A stretch of 64,000 nt of DNA from Opitutales bacterium (lineage in GTDB: Bacteria; Verrucomicrobiota; Verrucomicrobiia; Opitutales; UBA2987). How positions within the stretch are numbered: the stretch's first letter is position 1; each line of letters starts with the position of its first letter. The notes below the pieces were generated by a model. The model was not told the DNA's origin, made no database searches, and was given only the letters and a program-made list of their open reading frames with translations. The position numbers were made by a program, and so were the translations under genes. This document shows positions 39,580-49,532 of this stretch, one piece after another. The stretch is from assembly GCA_965226885.1 (NCBI GenBank), contig CBDDEL010000016.1, positions 887,195 to 951,194 on the forward strand, read 5' to 3'.

Positions 39580-40434
39580 CTAACTGGATATATTTTCTAT
39601 CCCGCTCACGATTCTCTTAACCCCGCTCACGATTCTCTTAACCGCTCCAACAACCGATTCGATCCATTCCGTCTGTTCGTAAATGGTTCCCGTATATAGA
39701 CTTTTGACTCCGGATAACCCGATGGCTCCGACCGGATAACCATCGGCATCGAGCAGAGGCGCCGCCACACAAGTGACCTGTTGGCTCCCCTCGCCATTGT
39801 CAAAGGCGATTTTCGAATCGCGGATATTTTCCAACTCCTTTTCGAGTTCCGGAATGCTTGTCAAAGTGGTGTTGGTAAAGCGTTCAAAGGTAAATTGGGC
39901 CATCATGGCCTGGCGTTCCCGCTCAGGTAGAAAAGCCAGGATCGCTTTTCCAACGGCTGAACAATAAAGCGGCTCGCGGTTGCCAACAGACTGCTGAACG
40001 GCGATCGTCCTGCCCGACGGAACAACTTCTATCAACTCGATCTCCAGGCCGATCAATGCGGCAAAATGTGACGTTTGTCCAGTTTCCCGGGCCAGTCGCT
40101 CGATCTCCGGCTTGATAAATGAAAAAAAACGTCCGTGCTGAGGCAGGTTGCCCTGCCAAACGAAAAACCGCGGACCCACGCTGTATCTTTTCGTTTTTCT
40201 GTTTTTTCTTAAAAGACCGAGATTTTCCAGGGTCGTGAGGAAACGATAGGCGGTGCTGCGGTCCATTGAAAAATGCGCCGCCACATCCCGCAAGCGCATC
40301 TCTTTACCGGTTGCAATTATATACTCCAGGATGGCGATGCCCTTGACCAGTGAGGCCACTCTGCCGGTGGAGGATTCAAGAGTAGTTTTCACCAATATGC
40401 GATCGAAGTTAAATAAACCGTAGGGTTTGATCAA
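39580..40434 (-). CDS. IclR family transcriptional regulator (true start probably 10-15 codons downstream)
   Basis: SLVKGIAILE...STAYRFLTTLE helix-turn-helix; ETGQTSH, PLYCSAVGKAILA and CVAAP motifs. Confidence 0.9.
   Translation of the reverse strand: MIKPYGLFNFDRILVKTTLESSTGRVASLVKGIAILEYIIATGKEMRLRDVAAHFSMDRSTAYRFLTTLENLGLLRKNRKTKRYSVGPRFFVWQGNLPQHGRFFSFIKPEIERLARETGQTSHFAALIGLEIELIEVVPSGRTIAVQQSVGNREPLYCSAVGKAILAFLPERERQAMMAQFTFERFTNTTLTSIPELEKELENIRDSKIAFDNGEGSQQVTCVAAPLLDADGYPVGAIGLSGVKSLYTGTIYEQTEWIESVVGAVKRIVSGVKRIVSGIENISS
39601..39642. repeat. In-frame 21-bp tandem duplication at the IclR C-terminus
   Basis: CCCGCTCACGATTCTCTTAAC twice, giving VKRIVSG-VKRIVSG. Confidence 0.9.
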
Positions 40435-40553
40435 TTTATACTACAATTTTTCTTGCAAATTGAATTTCATTATTTTGAATAATAAAATACTTATTTCAAT
40501 ATTTAAAACAATATATTTTTGACCGATGCAGCATAATCCTCAGTTTCACCATA

Positions 40554-41408
40554 TTGACGACTGAAAGCATAGTGAAAATTGTTGTTACAGGTTCCAGCGG
40601 AAAAGCCGGATCTGTATTGATGTCGCATTTGGCCGAAGCCGGATATGAGGTTCTCGGAGTCGACGCCATGGCTCCTGCCAAATCCAGCGCTACGGGTAAG
40701 TCTCAGGTAATCAAGGCTGACCTGACAAATCTTGGAGAAACATTGGAAGTTTTGAATGGGACCGACGCGGTGGTGCATTTGGCCAATATGCCCATCCCCG
40801 GAATGTTCACTCCGGCGCGGACCTTCATGGAAAACACGGCCATGAACTACAATGTGTTTTCGGCCGCCGTTCAGTCGGGAGTAAATAAAGTGGTTTGGCT
40901 GTCGAGCGACGCCATTATGGGACTGCCATATGACCAATCCCCCAAGTATGTCCCCATCGACGAAAATCATCCCCGGCTTCCGGCAACCACCTATGCCTTG
41001 TCGAAATTAACCGCCGAAGTGATGGCGGAGCATTTTTCCCGGTGGTCCGGAATCCCCTTTGTTGGATTGCGAAGCTGTTTCCTGCAAAGCCCTAAAGATT
41101 ATGAAACCTACCCGGACTTCCAGGATGATCCCCACGCACGCCGCTGGCACCTATGGTCGTATCTGGATTTGCGAGACATGGCAAACGCTTGCCGCCTGGC
41201 TATGATTGCGGAAATTAATGGTTGTGAAATTATAAATATCTCGGCGGCGGACTCCGTTATGAACATGCCGTCAAAAGAAGTAATTGAAGCCGTTTTTCCA
41301 GAAACGGAAGTGCGCTATGACATGGCAGAACATGGCAGTTTTTTTACTACCGCGAAAGCCGGGAAAATTATCGGATTTATTCCGCAATATTCCTGGCGTC
41401 AAAAATAA
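40554..41408 (+). CDS. NAD-dependent epimerase/dehydratase family protein
   Basis: VTGSSGKAG, DAVVHLA and YALSK motifs. Confidence 0.85.
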   Translation: MTTESIVKIVVTGSSGKAGSVLMSHLAEAGYEVLGVDAMAPAKSSATGKSQVIKADLTNLGETLEVLNGTDAVVHLANMPIPGMFTPARTFMENTAMNYNVFSAAVQSGVNKVVWLSSDAIMGLPYDQSPKYVPIDENHPRLPATTYALSKLTAEVMAEHFSRWSGIPFVGLRSCFLQSPKDYETYPDFQDDPHARRWHLWSYLDLRDMANACRLAMIAEINGCEIINISAADSVMNMPSKEVIEAVFPETEVRYDMAEHGSFFTTAKAGKIIGFIPQYSWRQK

Positions 41409-41421
41409 GAATAAGGATACC

Positions 41422-41790
41422 ATGAAAGATGACGTGTTTTGTTTGATGGAAAAAAGTGCCTTTGAAGACGCAGTTCGATCCGGTGACTATGAGCCCGAAA
41501 GTCTCGCCGGTGAAGGCTTTGTCCATTGCTCGCAACTGCATCAAACGGTTGAAGTAGCCGACGCGTTTTACGCATCCATTACAAACGTGGTTCTCACTCG
41601 AATCGAACGTGCGAAAGTCCACAGCAATATTCTCGATGAAGAGGCAGCCGATGAGAGATTCCAGGGACGCGGCGAATCTTTTCCGCATATTTATGGACCG
41701 CTTAATATGGATGCGGTGGTTGAGGTGGCGGACATGCCCCGTGACGAAACCGGACGGTTTATACTGCCAGCCCAATACGAATCATTATAG
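41422..41790 (+). CDS. DUF952 family protein
   Basis: SLAGEGFVHCS and FPHIYGPLN motifs. Confidence 0.85.
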   Translation: MKDDVFCLMEKSAFEDAVRSGDYEPESLAGEGFVHCSQLHQTVEVADAFYASITNVVLTRIERAKVHSNILDEEAADERFQGRGESFPHIYGPLNMDAVVEVADMPRDETGRFILPAQYESL

Positions 41791-41827
41791 ATCCTCCATT
41801 TGAATAATTGAATTAAATCGAAAACGC

Positions 41828-42322
41828 ATGACTACTTTTGATGCTACTGAAAACGAAAACCTGAAAATTCCCGAACAGCGCCTTGAAGAATTGGGAATTG
41901 AACTGCCTCCAGCCCAAGTGGGGGTTGGTGATTATGAAGCCTGGGCAATTACCGGCAATTTGCTCATGACCTCGGGCCAGCTTCCCTGGATGGATGGGGT
42001 TATAAAATACAAGGGCAAAATAGGCTCCGACTTGTCGCTGGAGGAAGGTTATGAGGCCTTTCGTTTAAGCGCCCTCAATGCCATTGCCCAATTAAAGTCG
42101 GCCCTGGGCGAGCTTTCCTATGTAAAGCAAATAGTCCGGCTGGAAGGAACCATGGGCTGTGCGCCCGGATTTAATCAGCAACCGGAAACGCTCAACGGAG
42201 CTTCGCAAATTATCAATCAAGTTTTTGGCAAACGCGGAAGGCATTCACGAATGATTTATTCCAATATCGAAATGCCTTTGAACTGCGCGACCCTGGTGGT
42301 ACTTTTCGCAGAGATCGATTAA
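41828..42322 (+). CDS. RidA/YjgF family protein
   Basis: RLEELGIELP, SGQLP, NAIAQLK and NGAS...FGKRGRHSR motifs. Confidence 0.87.
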   Translation: MTTFDATENENLKIPEQRLEELGIELPPAQVGVGDYEAWAITGNLLMTSGQLPWMDGVIKYKGKIGSDLSLEEGYEAFRLSALNAIAQLKSALGELSYVKQIVRLEGTMGCAPGFNQQPETLNGASQIINQVFGKRGRHSRMIYSNIEMPLNCATLVVLFAEID

Positions 42323-42549
42323 GGCTAATCGATAATAACTTAGAAAACAGGCGTTGGTATGCTCGATCGGGAAGAGATAATATCGAAATTCAATCTCGAC
42401 CCGTCCTGGCCAGAGGGTCTTGTTGCCGAATTCGAGAAAAATATAAATTCAGGGGTTGTCGGAAGCAAACTGGTATCCGAATCCGATCGTGTGCGGGTTT
42501 GGCATATTTTGGTCAAACCCGGTGATCGGACCCCATCTTTGCTACCACT

Positions 42550-43479
42550 TTAAGTGAGAGTATTTCCGTAGGTTTGGTATTGTAGGTTTTGCAGCGGGTG
42601 GCGCAATGAGGCCGTAGGCCGAATGGAGCCAGCCGCTGCTTTGTTGATTGTTCGCCAGAGTCTGGCAAATGTATTTGGGGAGAGAAAGCCTAATCGGCTG
42701 TGGGGGTGTTTCGCGTTGTATTTGTGTCGCCATTGTTCGACCACCACACGCGCTTCGGTCACGCTCAGGAACAGTTCCTGATTAAGGCATTCATCGCGCA
42801 AACGATTATGAAAGGATTCTATATGTCCATTCTGCCAAGGGCTTCCTGGATCAATGTATGCGATGGCAATTTCCTGTCGCTGCAGTTCTTCTTTGACTTG
42901 GTGGGCTATAAACTCCGATCCGTTGTCCGAGCGGATGCACTGAGGTTTGCCGTTCTCTCTTATGGCATCGTTCAATACCTCTACCACATCGGCACTTTTC
43001 AGTGAGCGCGCAACCTTAATGGCCAGGCATTGACGGGTATGTTCATCGATCAGTGTCAAGAGCCTGAGCGGACCGCCCCGGTCGGTGCGATCCGCCACGA
43101 AGTCCCAACTCCACACATGGTTGGGCTGCACTGCTCGGGTCGGGGTAGCCGTGGATTGGCCCTGCCGGCGACGGCGCTTGCGAGACGGCCGCACACCCAG
43201 TCCTTCGAAACGACGCACTTTTTGGACGAATTTGCGACTCACGGGCCAACCTTCATGGGTCAACAAAGCGCGGATCCGACGATAGCCATAGCGCGGATGC
43301 TTCTTCGAAAAGGCAATGATGCGTGCCACCAGTTTATGCCTATACTCAGTAGCTTTCTTGGGTTCATACAGGTAGGTTGAGCGGTGCAACCCAAAATACT
43401 GACAGGCCCGACGCAGCGAGCACGACCCTTGGGCCAATACATGCTTCACCGCTTCCTTTTTCTGCTTCGGGCCTACCAT
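42550..43479 (-). CDS. IS3 transposase OrfB
   Basis: YGYRRI, WSWDFV, RSDNGSEF and PGSPWQNGHIESF motifs. Confidence 0.9.
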   Translation of the reverse strand: MVGPKQKKEAVKHVLAQGSCSLRRACQYFGLHRSTYLYEPKKATEYRHKLVARIIAFSKKHPRYGYRRIRALLTHEGWPVSRKFVQKVRRFEGLGVRPSRKRRRRQGQSTATPTRAVQPNHVWSWDFVADRTDRGGPLRLLTLIDEHTRQCLAIKVARSLKSADVVEVLNDAIRENGKPQCIRSDNGSEFIAHQVKEELQRQEIAIAYIDPGSPWQNGHIESFHNRLRDECLNQELFLSVTEARVVVEQWRHKYNAKHPHSRLGFLSPNTFARLWRTINKAAAGSIRPTASLRHPLQNLQYQTYGNTLT

Positions 43480-43739
43480 TTTTTTGCGTTCACCTCCTTG
43501 AGCACACGGTTCTCCAGCATCTGCTCGGCTACAATCTTCTTAAGCTGTGTGTTCTCGCGCTCCAGCTCCTTCAGCCGCTTGGCGTCACGCAGCTCCATGC
43601 GGCCATACTTTTTACGCCAACGATGGTAGCTTTGAGGACTAATATTGTGGGACCGACAGACATCCTGAATGCCTTTGCCTGCGTCTACTTCGCGCAGTAT
43701 CGTTATGATTTGTTCAGGGGTGTATCTTTTTTGCTTCAT
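43473..43739 (-). CDS. IS3 transposase OrfA
   Basis: MKQKRYTPEQIITILRE...WRKKYG...LERENTQLKKIVAE; A7 slippery run at its 3' end. Confidence 0.9.
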   Translation of the reverse strand: MKQKRYTPEQIITILREVDAGKGIQDVCRSHNISPQSYHRWRKKYGRMELRDAKRLKELERENTQLKKIVAEQMLENRVLKEVNAKKW

Positions 43740-44294
43740 AGGTCTTTCCGGTAATTTCTCCAGAAAGACTCTCACTGGCAATGGTAGTGTTTTCGGCGGT
43801 CACATCACCGGCGAGCGACTGCCGGTGCATCACCATGTGCTCGACTACTTTTGGACCGCATTGAATGAAGGCAAATCCCGCTCACACCATCATGACGGTC
43901 GAACATCGGAATCCGAATACCACCCTGGCGACACCAAGCATTTTCATTTTCCGAAGGGTCAATGCATGATCTGGAAAACATCGGTTCGACCAACCTTGCC
44001 TTCACAACCGTGGAATTTCTCGATAGCGAGAACGCGCCCCTTGATCGGAACCGCGCCTGAAAGGTGTGTCATAGTACAAGTTGGCGACATGCTCTAATAT
44101 GTGACCGGCGGCCACTTTTTATCTGCCTGGCATGAGGTAATGGTGCCCGATCATCCAACAGAAGAAGGATGAATGTCCGGCTATCACATAATACGAAACT
44201 TTAATTAAGCGATTTCGTTAAAAAGGTCTTTATCCGCAAGACAACTGAGAAAAATCAAAAAAACATGAAAGGTTTCTCACATTTAGACAACTAT

Positions 44295-44306
44295 TTGTAT
44301 AAACAA
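44295..44306. promoter_or_regulatory. Candidate MarR operator 1
   Basis: TTGTATAAACAA near-palindrome upstream of the first nmrA-like gene. Confidence 0.5.
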
Positions 44307-44401
44307 TCTATTTCAATATTCAAATTAAACAGGAAAATAACTATGACAGAAAAAATTCTAATTACCACAGCAAACGGCAATACCGGCTTTAACGCTGCTA
44401 A

Positions 44402-46307
44402 CCCGGATATTTCATGAAGGGTAAAGTTTGGCTCGTTATTGCTATTGGAGATGGAGATGGATTTCTTTGTATTTTGAGCAGATCGTCTTGATTTTTAGGT
44501 GTTTTTCAGGGTGTAGAGACACTGCCCCCTTTCCCCCATTGGTTCGGTAGTGCCGGGGGCAGCACCAATGCACCTTTTAGGTTGGCACCAATCGGCGGGC
44601 CGCATGGTTGAAAAGACTGGCCCAAGGATAACTCTCACTTAGGTGAAAGTGAATCGTTCGGGTGTTGCGCACGATGACCGCTCCGATCTTGATTAATTTG
44701 AGCCGCAGGGTGTGGCATTGGGCCCGCGCCCACTTCGTCCCTTTTAAGGCTAACCGGCGCATGGCTTCCATCAAGGTGTAGGCCAGCGCCGACAAGAGCA
44801 ATCGCCACTGATTGGCCCACCATTGATGGGCGCTGGTGCGCTCGCTGAACAATTGCATCTGTTCCTTGATTCGGTTCTCCATTTCACCGCGGCCACAGTA
44901 TACCTTGTCGTAAAGCTCCTGGGGATCGCCCGGCCGGTTCGTCACCACGAAGCGCGGGTTGGACCCCTGTGCGGTGTGTTCGGCTTTATGGATGACCAAC
45001 CGCAGCCATCGCCACGAATCGGCAGCATAGACGAAGTCCTGGAATAACCGTTGTTTTTTACCCCTTAGTTCGAACCATTCTTTGGCCTGCTTTTGCAACT
45101 GCTGGGCGTCTTGCTGCAAGCGTGCATTGCGAGCCATCCCCACGATGTAACTAACTTCGTTGCGGTCGCACCAAGAGAGTATCCGGTCTCGACAAAATCC
45201 ACTGTCGGCGCGCCAAATAATCCGCTTACGGGGCCAGCTTTGGCGAATCCGTTTAACCAGCAATTTGAGGATGGCCCCGGCATGCTTGCTGGCATCGATC
45301 TTGCTCGGCCGCAGGTAGGCCACCAGCAGCTGATCACCGCAAAAAACATATAGCGGCAGAAAACAGTAATGATCATAATAACCGTGGAAAAAACGTCCCT
45401 CCTGGAGCCCGTGCACCGGATTGTCGGTGGCGTCAAAGTCCAGGATGATCTCTTCGGGTTCCTCGGCAAAGGAGCCCATGAACTGTTCGACCAACAGCTC
45501 GTTTACCGCAAAGGCCGCCCGCCGATCCTGCCCGTTTTCAAAACGACACAAAGTCGGCGCGCTGGCCAACGTTTCAATGCGCCCCGTTACCGTTTGCAAC
45601 AATGGATCGTGGCGCAGGGTATCAAAGTCGTTCAAATCCTCATAGCCCGCCACCAGCCCGTAAACGCGCTGCCGCAGCATCCCCAAGACCTCATGGCGTA
45701 CTTTGCCCTTCTGCCGTTTGTCCACTAACTGTCGGGCCGCTCGTTCGGTCAAGCCCAACTGCCGATCCACTTCCCGGATCAAAAGCAGTCCGGCATCCGA
45801 AGTAACCTCTCCGCCCTTGAAATCAACCCGCACACGGCGGCCTTTTACCCTTGTCAACTGTAGCTTTAATTGTTTACCTTTTGTCATCGCTGATATTGCT
45901 TTAATTATTGATCTATCCTGCTGTATATCAGCAGTTAAGCATATCAACGATACTTTTTTTACGAAATATCCGGGATAGCCCGCCACCAGCCCGTAAACGC
46001 GCTGCCGCAGCATCCCCAAGACCTCATGGCGTACTTTGCCCTTCTGCCGTTTGTCCACTAACTGTCGGGCCGCTCGTTCGGTCAAGCCCAACTGCCGATC
46101 CACTTCCCGGATCAAAAGCAGTCCGGCATCCGAAGTAACCTCTCCGCCCTTGAAATCAACCCGCACACGGCGGCCTTTTACCCTTGTCAACTGTAGCTTT
46201 AATTGTTTACCTTTTGTCATCGCTGATATTGCTTTAATTATTGATCTATCCTGCTGTATATCAGCAGTTAAGCATATCAACGATACTTTTTTTACGAAAT
46301 ATCCGGG
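44402..46307 (-). mobile_element. IS1380 family insertion sequence, copy 2, with a duplicated left end
   Basis: Same inverted repeats as copy 1. Target duplication CTAA at 44398-44401 and 46308-46311. Segment 45642-45974 is repeated as 45975-46307. Confidence 0.93.
44577..45887 (-). CDS. IS1380 transposase (intact, 436 aa; in-frame upstream extension to 46220)
   Basis: MTKGKQ...TSDAGLLL, LDFDATD, RADSGF and MENRIKE motifs. Confidence 0.9.
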   Translation of the reverse strand: MTKGKQLKLQLTRVKGRRVRVDFKGGEVTSDAGLLLIREVDRQLGLTERAARQLVDKRQKGKVRHEVLGMLRQRVYGLVAGYEDLNDFDTLRHDPLLQTVTGRIETLASAPTLCRFENGQDRRAAFAVNELLVEQFMGSFAEEPEEIILDFDATDNPVHGLQEGRFFHGYYDHYCFLPLYVFCGDQLLVAYLRPSKIDASKHAGAILKLLVKRIRQSWPRKRIIWRADSGFCRDRILSWCDRNEVSYIVGMARNARLQQDAQQLQKQAKEWFELRGKKQRLFQDFVYAADSWRWLRLVIHKAEHTAQGSNPRFVVTNRPGDPQELYDKVYCGRGEMENRIKEQMQLFSERTSAHQWWANQWRLLLSALAYTLMEAMRRLALKGTKWARAQCHTLRLKLIKIGAVIVRNTRTIHFHLSESYPWASLFNHAARRLVPT

Positions 46308-47369
46308 CTAAAGAACTACTTAAACTTGGCTTCCTCGTTCGTGCCTTCGTAAGGAACCCGAACAATCCAAAAGCACAGGAACTAAAAAGGGAAGGAGCTG
46401 AAATATTTACCGGAGACATAGAAGATATCAGGGATGTTCGAAATGCCCTCACTGATATTAAACGAGCCTCTTTTGTTCCAACCTATCCGAACGTGCTATT
46501 TCAGGGAGCAACCTTTGCCACCGCTGCTGAAGAAATGGCTTTAGAACATGTGGTCTTACTCACCCAATGGTTATCTTCCAATGTTCACCCTTCCATATAT
46601 ACCAAAGAGCATTGGCTGGTGGATAATATCTTCAAACGTTCAACCACCGTCAAATGGACCATCCTGAATCCCGGATTATTTGCCGTCTCCTATTTTTTCA
46701 ACATAGAACCTACCGCTCAATTCGGTATGATGCCGGAATTTGGCAAAAACGCTCCTCCATCCAATGAAGATATCGGAAGTGTGGCCGCCCATATTCTTAA
46801 AAACCCTTCGTTGCACGAAAATAAAACTTATCGCATCACCGGCCCAGAGGTACTCTCCTCTCAGCAAATGGGTGATATTATTGGAAAAATTTTGGGTCGA
46901 AATATTAAAGTGCAGAATTTACCGGAAAAAATGATGCTAAAGGTATTCAAGGCCGCGGGAAACTATCCGGTAAGCGACGTTTCTCAGTTACGTCATTATG
47001 TTAGCGAAGCGCAAACCGACACATTTGCATTGGGAGGACCCACCGATGTCGTAAAAGAGATCACAGGAAAAGAAGCGGAAGATTTTGAAACCATTGCCAG
47101 GCGCTATCTTGGCGCAATCCCGGCCGCCAAACAATCTTTGGGTAATAAATTACGCGCCGTAAAAAACATGCTAAAAGCGTTACTTACGAAACCTTTGGAC
47201 ATGATAGAATATGAAAAGCAGCAAGGTTTTCCAATATTCGAGAATATGATGCTCTCTTCCCAATCGGATGAATGGCGCACGGCACATAATGTATGAGTGG
47301 TCACCATTTGGGGAGCTTCACAAAAAAAGATTAAAAAAAACGCAAGGAAATGTTTGATGCAGCATTTAT

Positions 47370-47381
47370 TTGCATATACAA
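47370..47381. promoter_or_regulatory. Candidate MarR operator 2
   Basis: TTGCATATACAA just upstream of the marR-like gene. Confidence 0.55.
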
Positions 47382-47394
47382 GCACCCCCAAATA

Positions 47395-47850
47395 ATGAAA
47401 AACAGCACACCAATGACAACTCCCAAAGTTATTGCCGAAGCCTGCATTGGCTCGCGAGTTCGCCTGCTCAACCGGGTCATTACGAGGATTTACGACGACG
47501 CTTTGCGGCCCTTGGGCATCACCATCGGTCAATTGAACATTATGGTAGTCATCGCAAACAGGAAAACGGCTCGCCCGGCTGAGATTTGCGGCGTTCTCAA
47601 AATCGAAGTATCCACCCTCAGCAGAAATATTGAAAGAATGCGGGCGCGGGAGTGGATTGAAATTTTCGAAGATCCCGAAGATGCCCGCGCGCATCAATTT
47701 CAATTAAGCCTGCAAGGCCGGGACCTCCTCACAAAAGCCTTTCCGGCCTGGGAAAAGGCACAGAAAATGGCAGAGGAAATCATGGGAGAACCCGGATTAG
47801 AGGCCCTCGAAGAAGCCGCAGACAGAGCCAGAAAGCTTATTCCAACTTAA
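47395..47850 (+). CDS. MarR family transcriptional regulator
   Basis: CIGSRVRLLNRVITRIYDDALRPLGITIGQ, STLSRNI and EDAR motifs. Confidence 0.88.
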   Translation: MKNSTPMTTPKVIAEACIGSRVRLLNRVITRIYDDALRPLGITIGQLNIMVVIANRKTARPAEICGVLKIEVSTLSRNIERMRAREWIEIFEDPEDARAHQFQLSLQGRDLLTKAFPAWEKAQKMAEEIMGEPGLEALEEAADRARKLIPT

Positions 47851-47869
47851 ATTTTTTTTAACCATATAG

Positions 47870-47881
47870 TTGCATATACAC
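47870..47881. promoter_or_regulatory. Candidate MarR operator 3
   Basis: TTGCATATACAC upstream of the second nmrA-like gene. Confidence 0.55.
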
Positions 47882-47909
47882 ATATAATATAGAACAAGGA
47901 AAAAACAAA

Positions 47910-48815
47910 ATGAAAAAACAACAAATACTAATAACCGGCGCGACGGGGAAAACCGGCGCCTATGTCGTCCAACAATTGATCGAGCGCGGGTATTCCGTTC
48001 GGGCCATGGCGCGTCGCCATGACGATCGATCGCAGCATCTTGCCAATCTCGGCGCGGAGGTTGTGCTTGGCGATTTCCTGGATTTGACATCCATTCGGAT
48101 CGCCGTCAAGGACGTCAAACGGATCTATTTCTGCTATCCGCCGGAGGGTGACAAGTTGGTAGAAGCGACCACCAACTTTGCTGTTGCGGCCAAAGATGAG
48201 GGTGTCGAGGCGGTGGTAAACATGTCGCAGCTTCCCGCCCGGCAGTATGCCCTAAGCGCATTGACCCGCCATCATTGGTTGTCCGAGAACATTCTGGATT
48301 GGGCGGATATCGGTGCTGTGCACATACGGCCAACCTATTTCGCGGAAAACCTATATCTCTTTAATGGACCGACCATCGCCGAGGAGGGAAAAATCTATCT
48401 TCCCTACGGCAGCGAGCGTCATGCTCCAGTGGCGTCGGAGGATATTGCTCGTGTTATCGTCAGGATTCTGGCCGATCCAGCTTCACACGTTGGTCAAAGG
48501 TACGTGGTGACCGGTGATCGAAACAGAACCATCTCCGAAATTGCGGAGGTATTCACCAAGGTATTGGGCCGTTCCGTTGAGTATGTCGATCTACCCATCG
48601 AAACCTGGGGCCAGATTTTGTTTGAAAAGGCTGGCTTGCCCGAATTTCTCGTTTCGCACCTCAAAGCGGTTGCCCAGGACCATAAGGACGGTATTTTCAG
48701 CGCCCGGACCGATGTGGTCGAACGCATCGGCGGCCAGGCCCCGCAGTCCCTTGAGAAATTTATCGAGAATCACCGGTCATTATTCACCAGCCAGGCGGAA
48801 CTGGCGGCTGTCTGA
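47910..48815 (+). CDS. NmrA/atypical SDR family NAD(P)H-binding protein
   Basis: ILITGATGKTG, IRPTYFAEN and PVASEDIA motifs. Confidence 0.88.
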   Translation: MKKQQILITGATGKTGAYVVQQLIERGYSVRAMARRHDDRSQHLANLGAEVVLGDFLDLTSIRIAVKDVKRIYFCYPPEGDKLVEATTNFAVAAKDEGVEAVVNMSQLPARQYALSALTRHHWLSENILDWADIGAVHIRPTYFAENLYLFNGPTIAEEGKIYLPYGSERHAPVASEDIARVIVRILADPASHVGQRYVVTGDRNRTISEIAEVFTKVLGRSVEYVDLPIETWGQILFEKAGLPEFLVSHLKAVAQDHKDGIFSARTDVVERIGGQAPQSLEKFIENHRSLFTSQAELAAV

Positions 48816-48851
48816 CGGTCTTGAGACAAAAGAGGTGTAATCGAACGCCAA

Positions 48852-49376
48852 TCAGGACTTTTCAGGCCGGGTCGGGGTCGTTTTGAATTCGTTCAAAACG
48901 GCCTCGATGCGTTTATCCGAGAGTTGCAATGGATGCCCCCGCCAGGTAATTTTGCCTTGGGCATCGATCAGCACAAGATGCGGGATTCCGCTAATATCCA
49001 GGTTTTGAAAATAAGTTCCGGCAGCATCTCTGGCCAAGGTATAGTGCATTGGAAAATCAGCGGTGAAGCGCGATACGGTATCGCCATCCTCCATGGTGAT
49101 TCCGATCACCTGCAGGCCCTCATCCTTGTAGCGGGCGTGGATTTGGTTCATGTGGGGAATGGTGGCCCGGCAAGGGGCGCACCAGGTGGCCCAGAAATCT
49201 AGCAACATGGGGCGGCCTTGTTCCGCCGCCGAGCCCTGCAGGTACTCCACTTGCAGGGGCAGTAAACTGCCGGTGAGATGTTCTTCGATGCGGTCCTCTT
49301 TGGAGCCCTCGAAGACCCACAACAGGAGCAGTCCCAGAATAAGAACCAATGTAATATACGAAATTCTCTTTGCCAT
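48852..49376 (-). CDS. TlpA family disulfide reductase
   Basis: N-terminal TM anchor; LLDFWATWCAPC, GIPHLVLID. Confidence 0.9.
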   Translation of the reverse strand: MAKRISYITLVLILGLLLLWVFEGSKEDRIEEHLTGSLLPLQVEYLQGSAAEQGRPMLLDFWATWCAPCRATIPHMNQIHARYKDEGLQVIGITMEDGDTVSRFTADFPMHYTLARDAAGTYFQNLDISGIPHLVLIDAQGKITWRGHPLQLSDKRIEAVLNEFKTTPTRPEKS

Positions 49377-49532
49377 TGTCTAAAAAAAGAGTAAATCGGC
49401 ATATATATTATTTCAACAAAAACAGATGCCCGTCGGATGACGATATGGAAGCTCTTGCCTGGGGATAAATTTTTCGCGGGTTAATCACGAGGTTCTTACT
49501 GTTTTGGTTATGACGAGCAAGATGGGTCAGGC

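Larger units (their letters stand above)
42523..43807 (-). mobile_element. IS3 family insertion sequence (IS407-group-like)
   Basis: TGAT... / ...ATCA imperfect inverted repeats. 4-bp target duplication CCGG at 42519-42522 and 43808-43811. Confidence 0.92.
42359..44060 (+). pseudogene. Cupin-like protein split by IS3 and additionally frameshifted
   Basis: Removing the IS rejoins RVRVWHILVKPG-ERLPVHHHVLDYFWTA. The C-terminus HDLENIGSTNLAFTTVEF lies in another frame after about 43965. Confidence 0.8.
44343..47296 (+). pseudogene. NmrA family NAD(P)-binding protein interrupted by IS1380
   Basis: MTEKILITTANGNTGFNAA (44343-44401) rejoins KELLKLGFLVRAFVRNP after the IS is removed. Confidence 0.9.

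Noticed and set aside
46241..47296. 351-aa ORF as an intact gene
   Set aside because: Its first ~22 codons are IS1380 sequence. The real N-terminus is at 44343.
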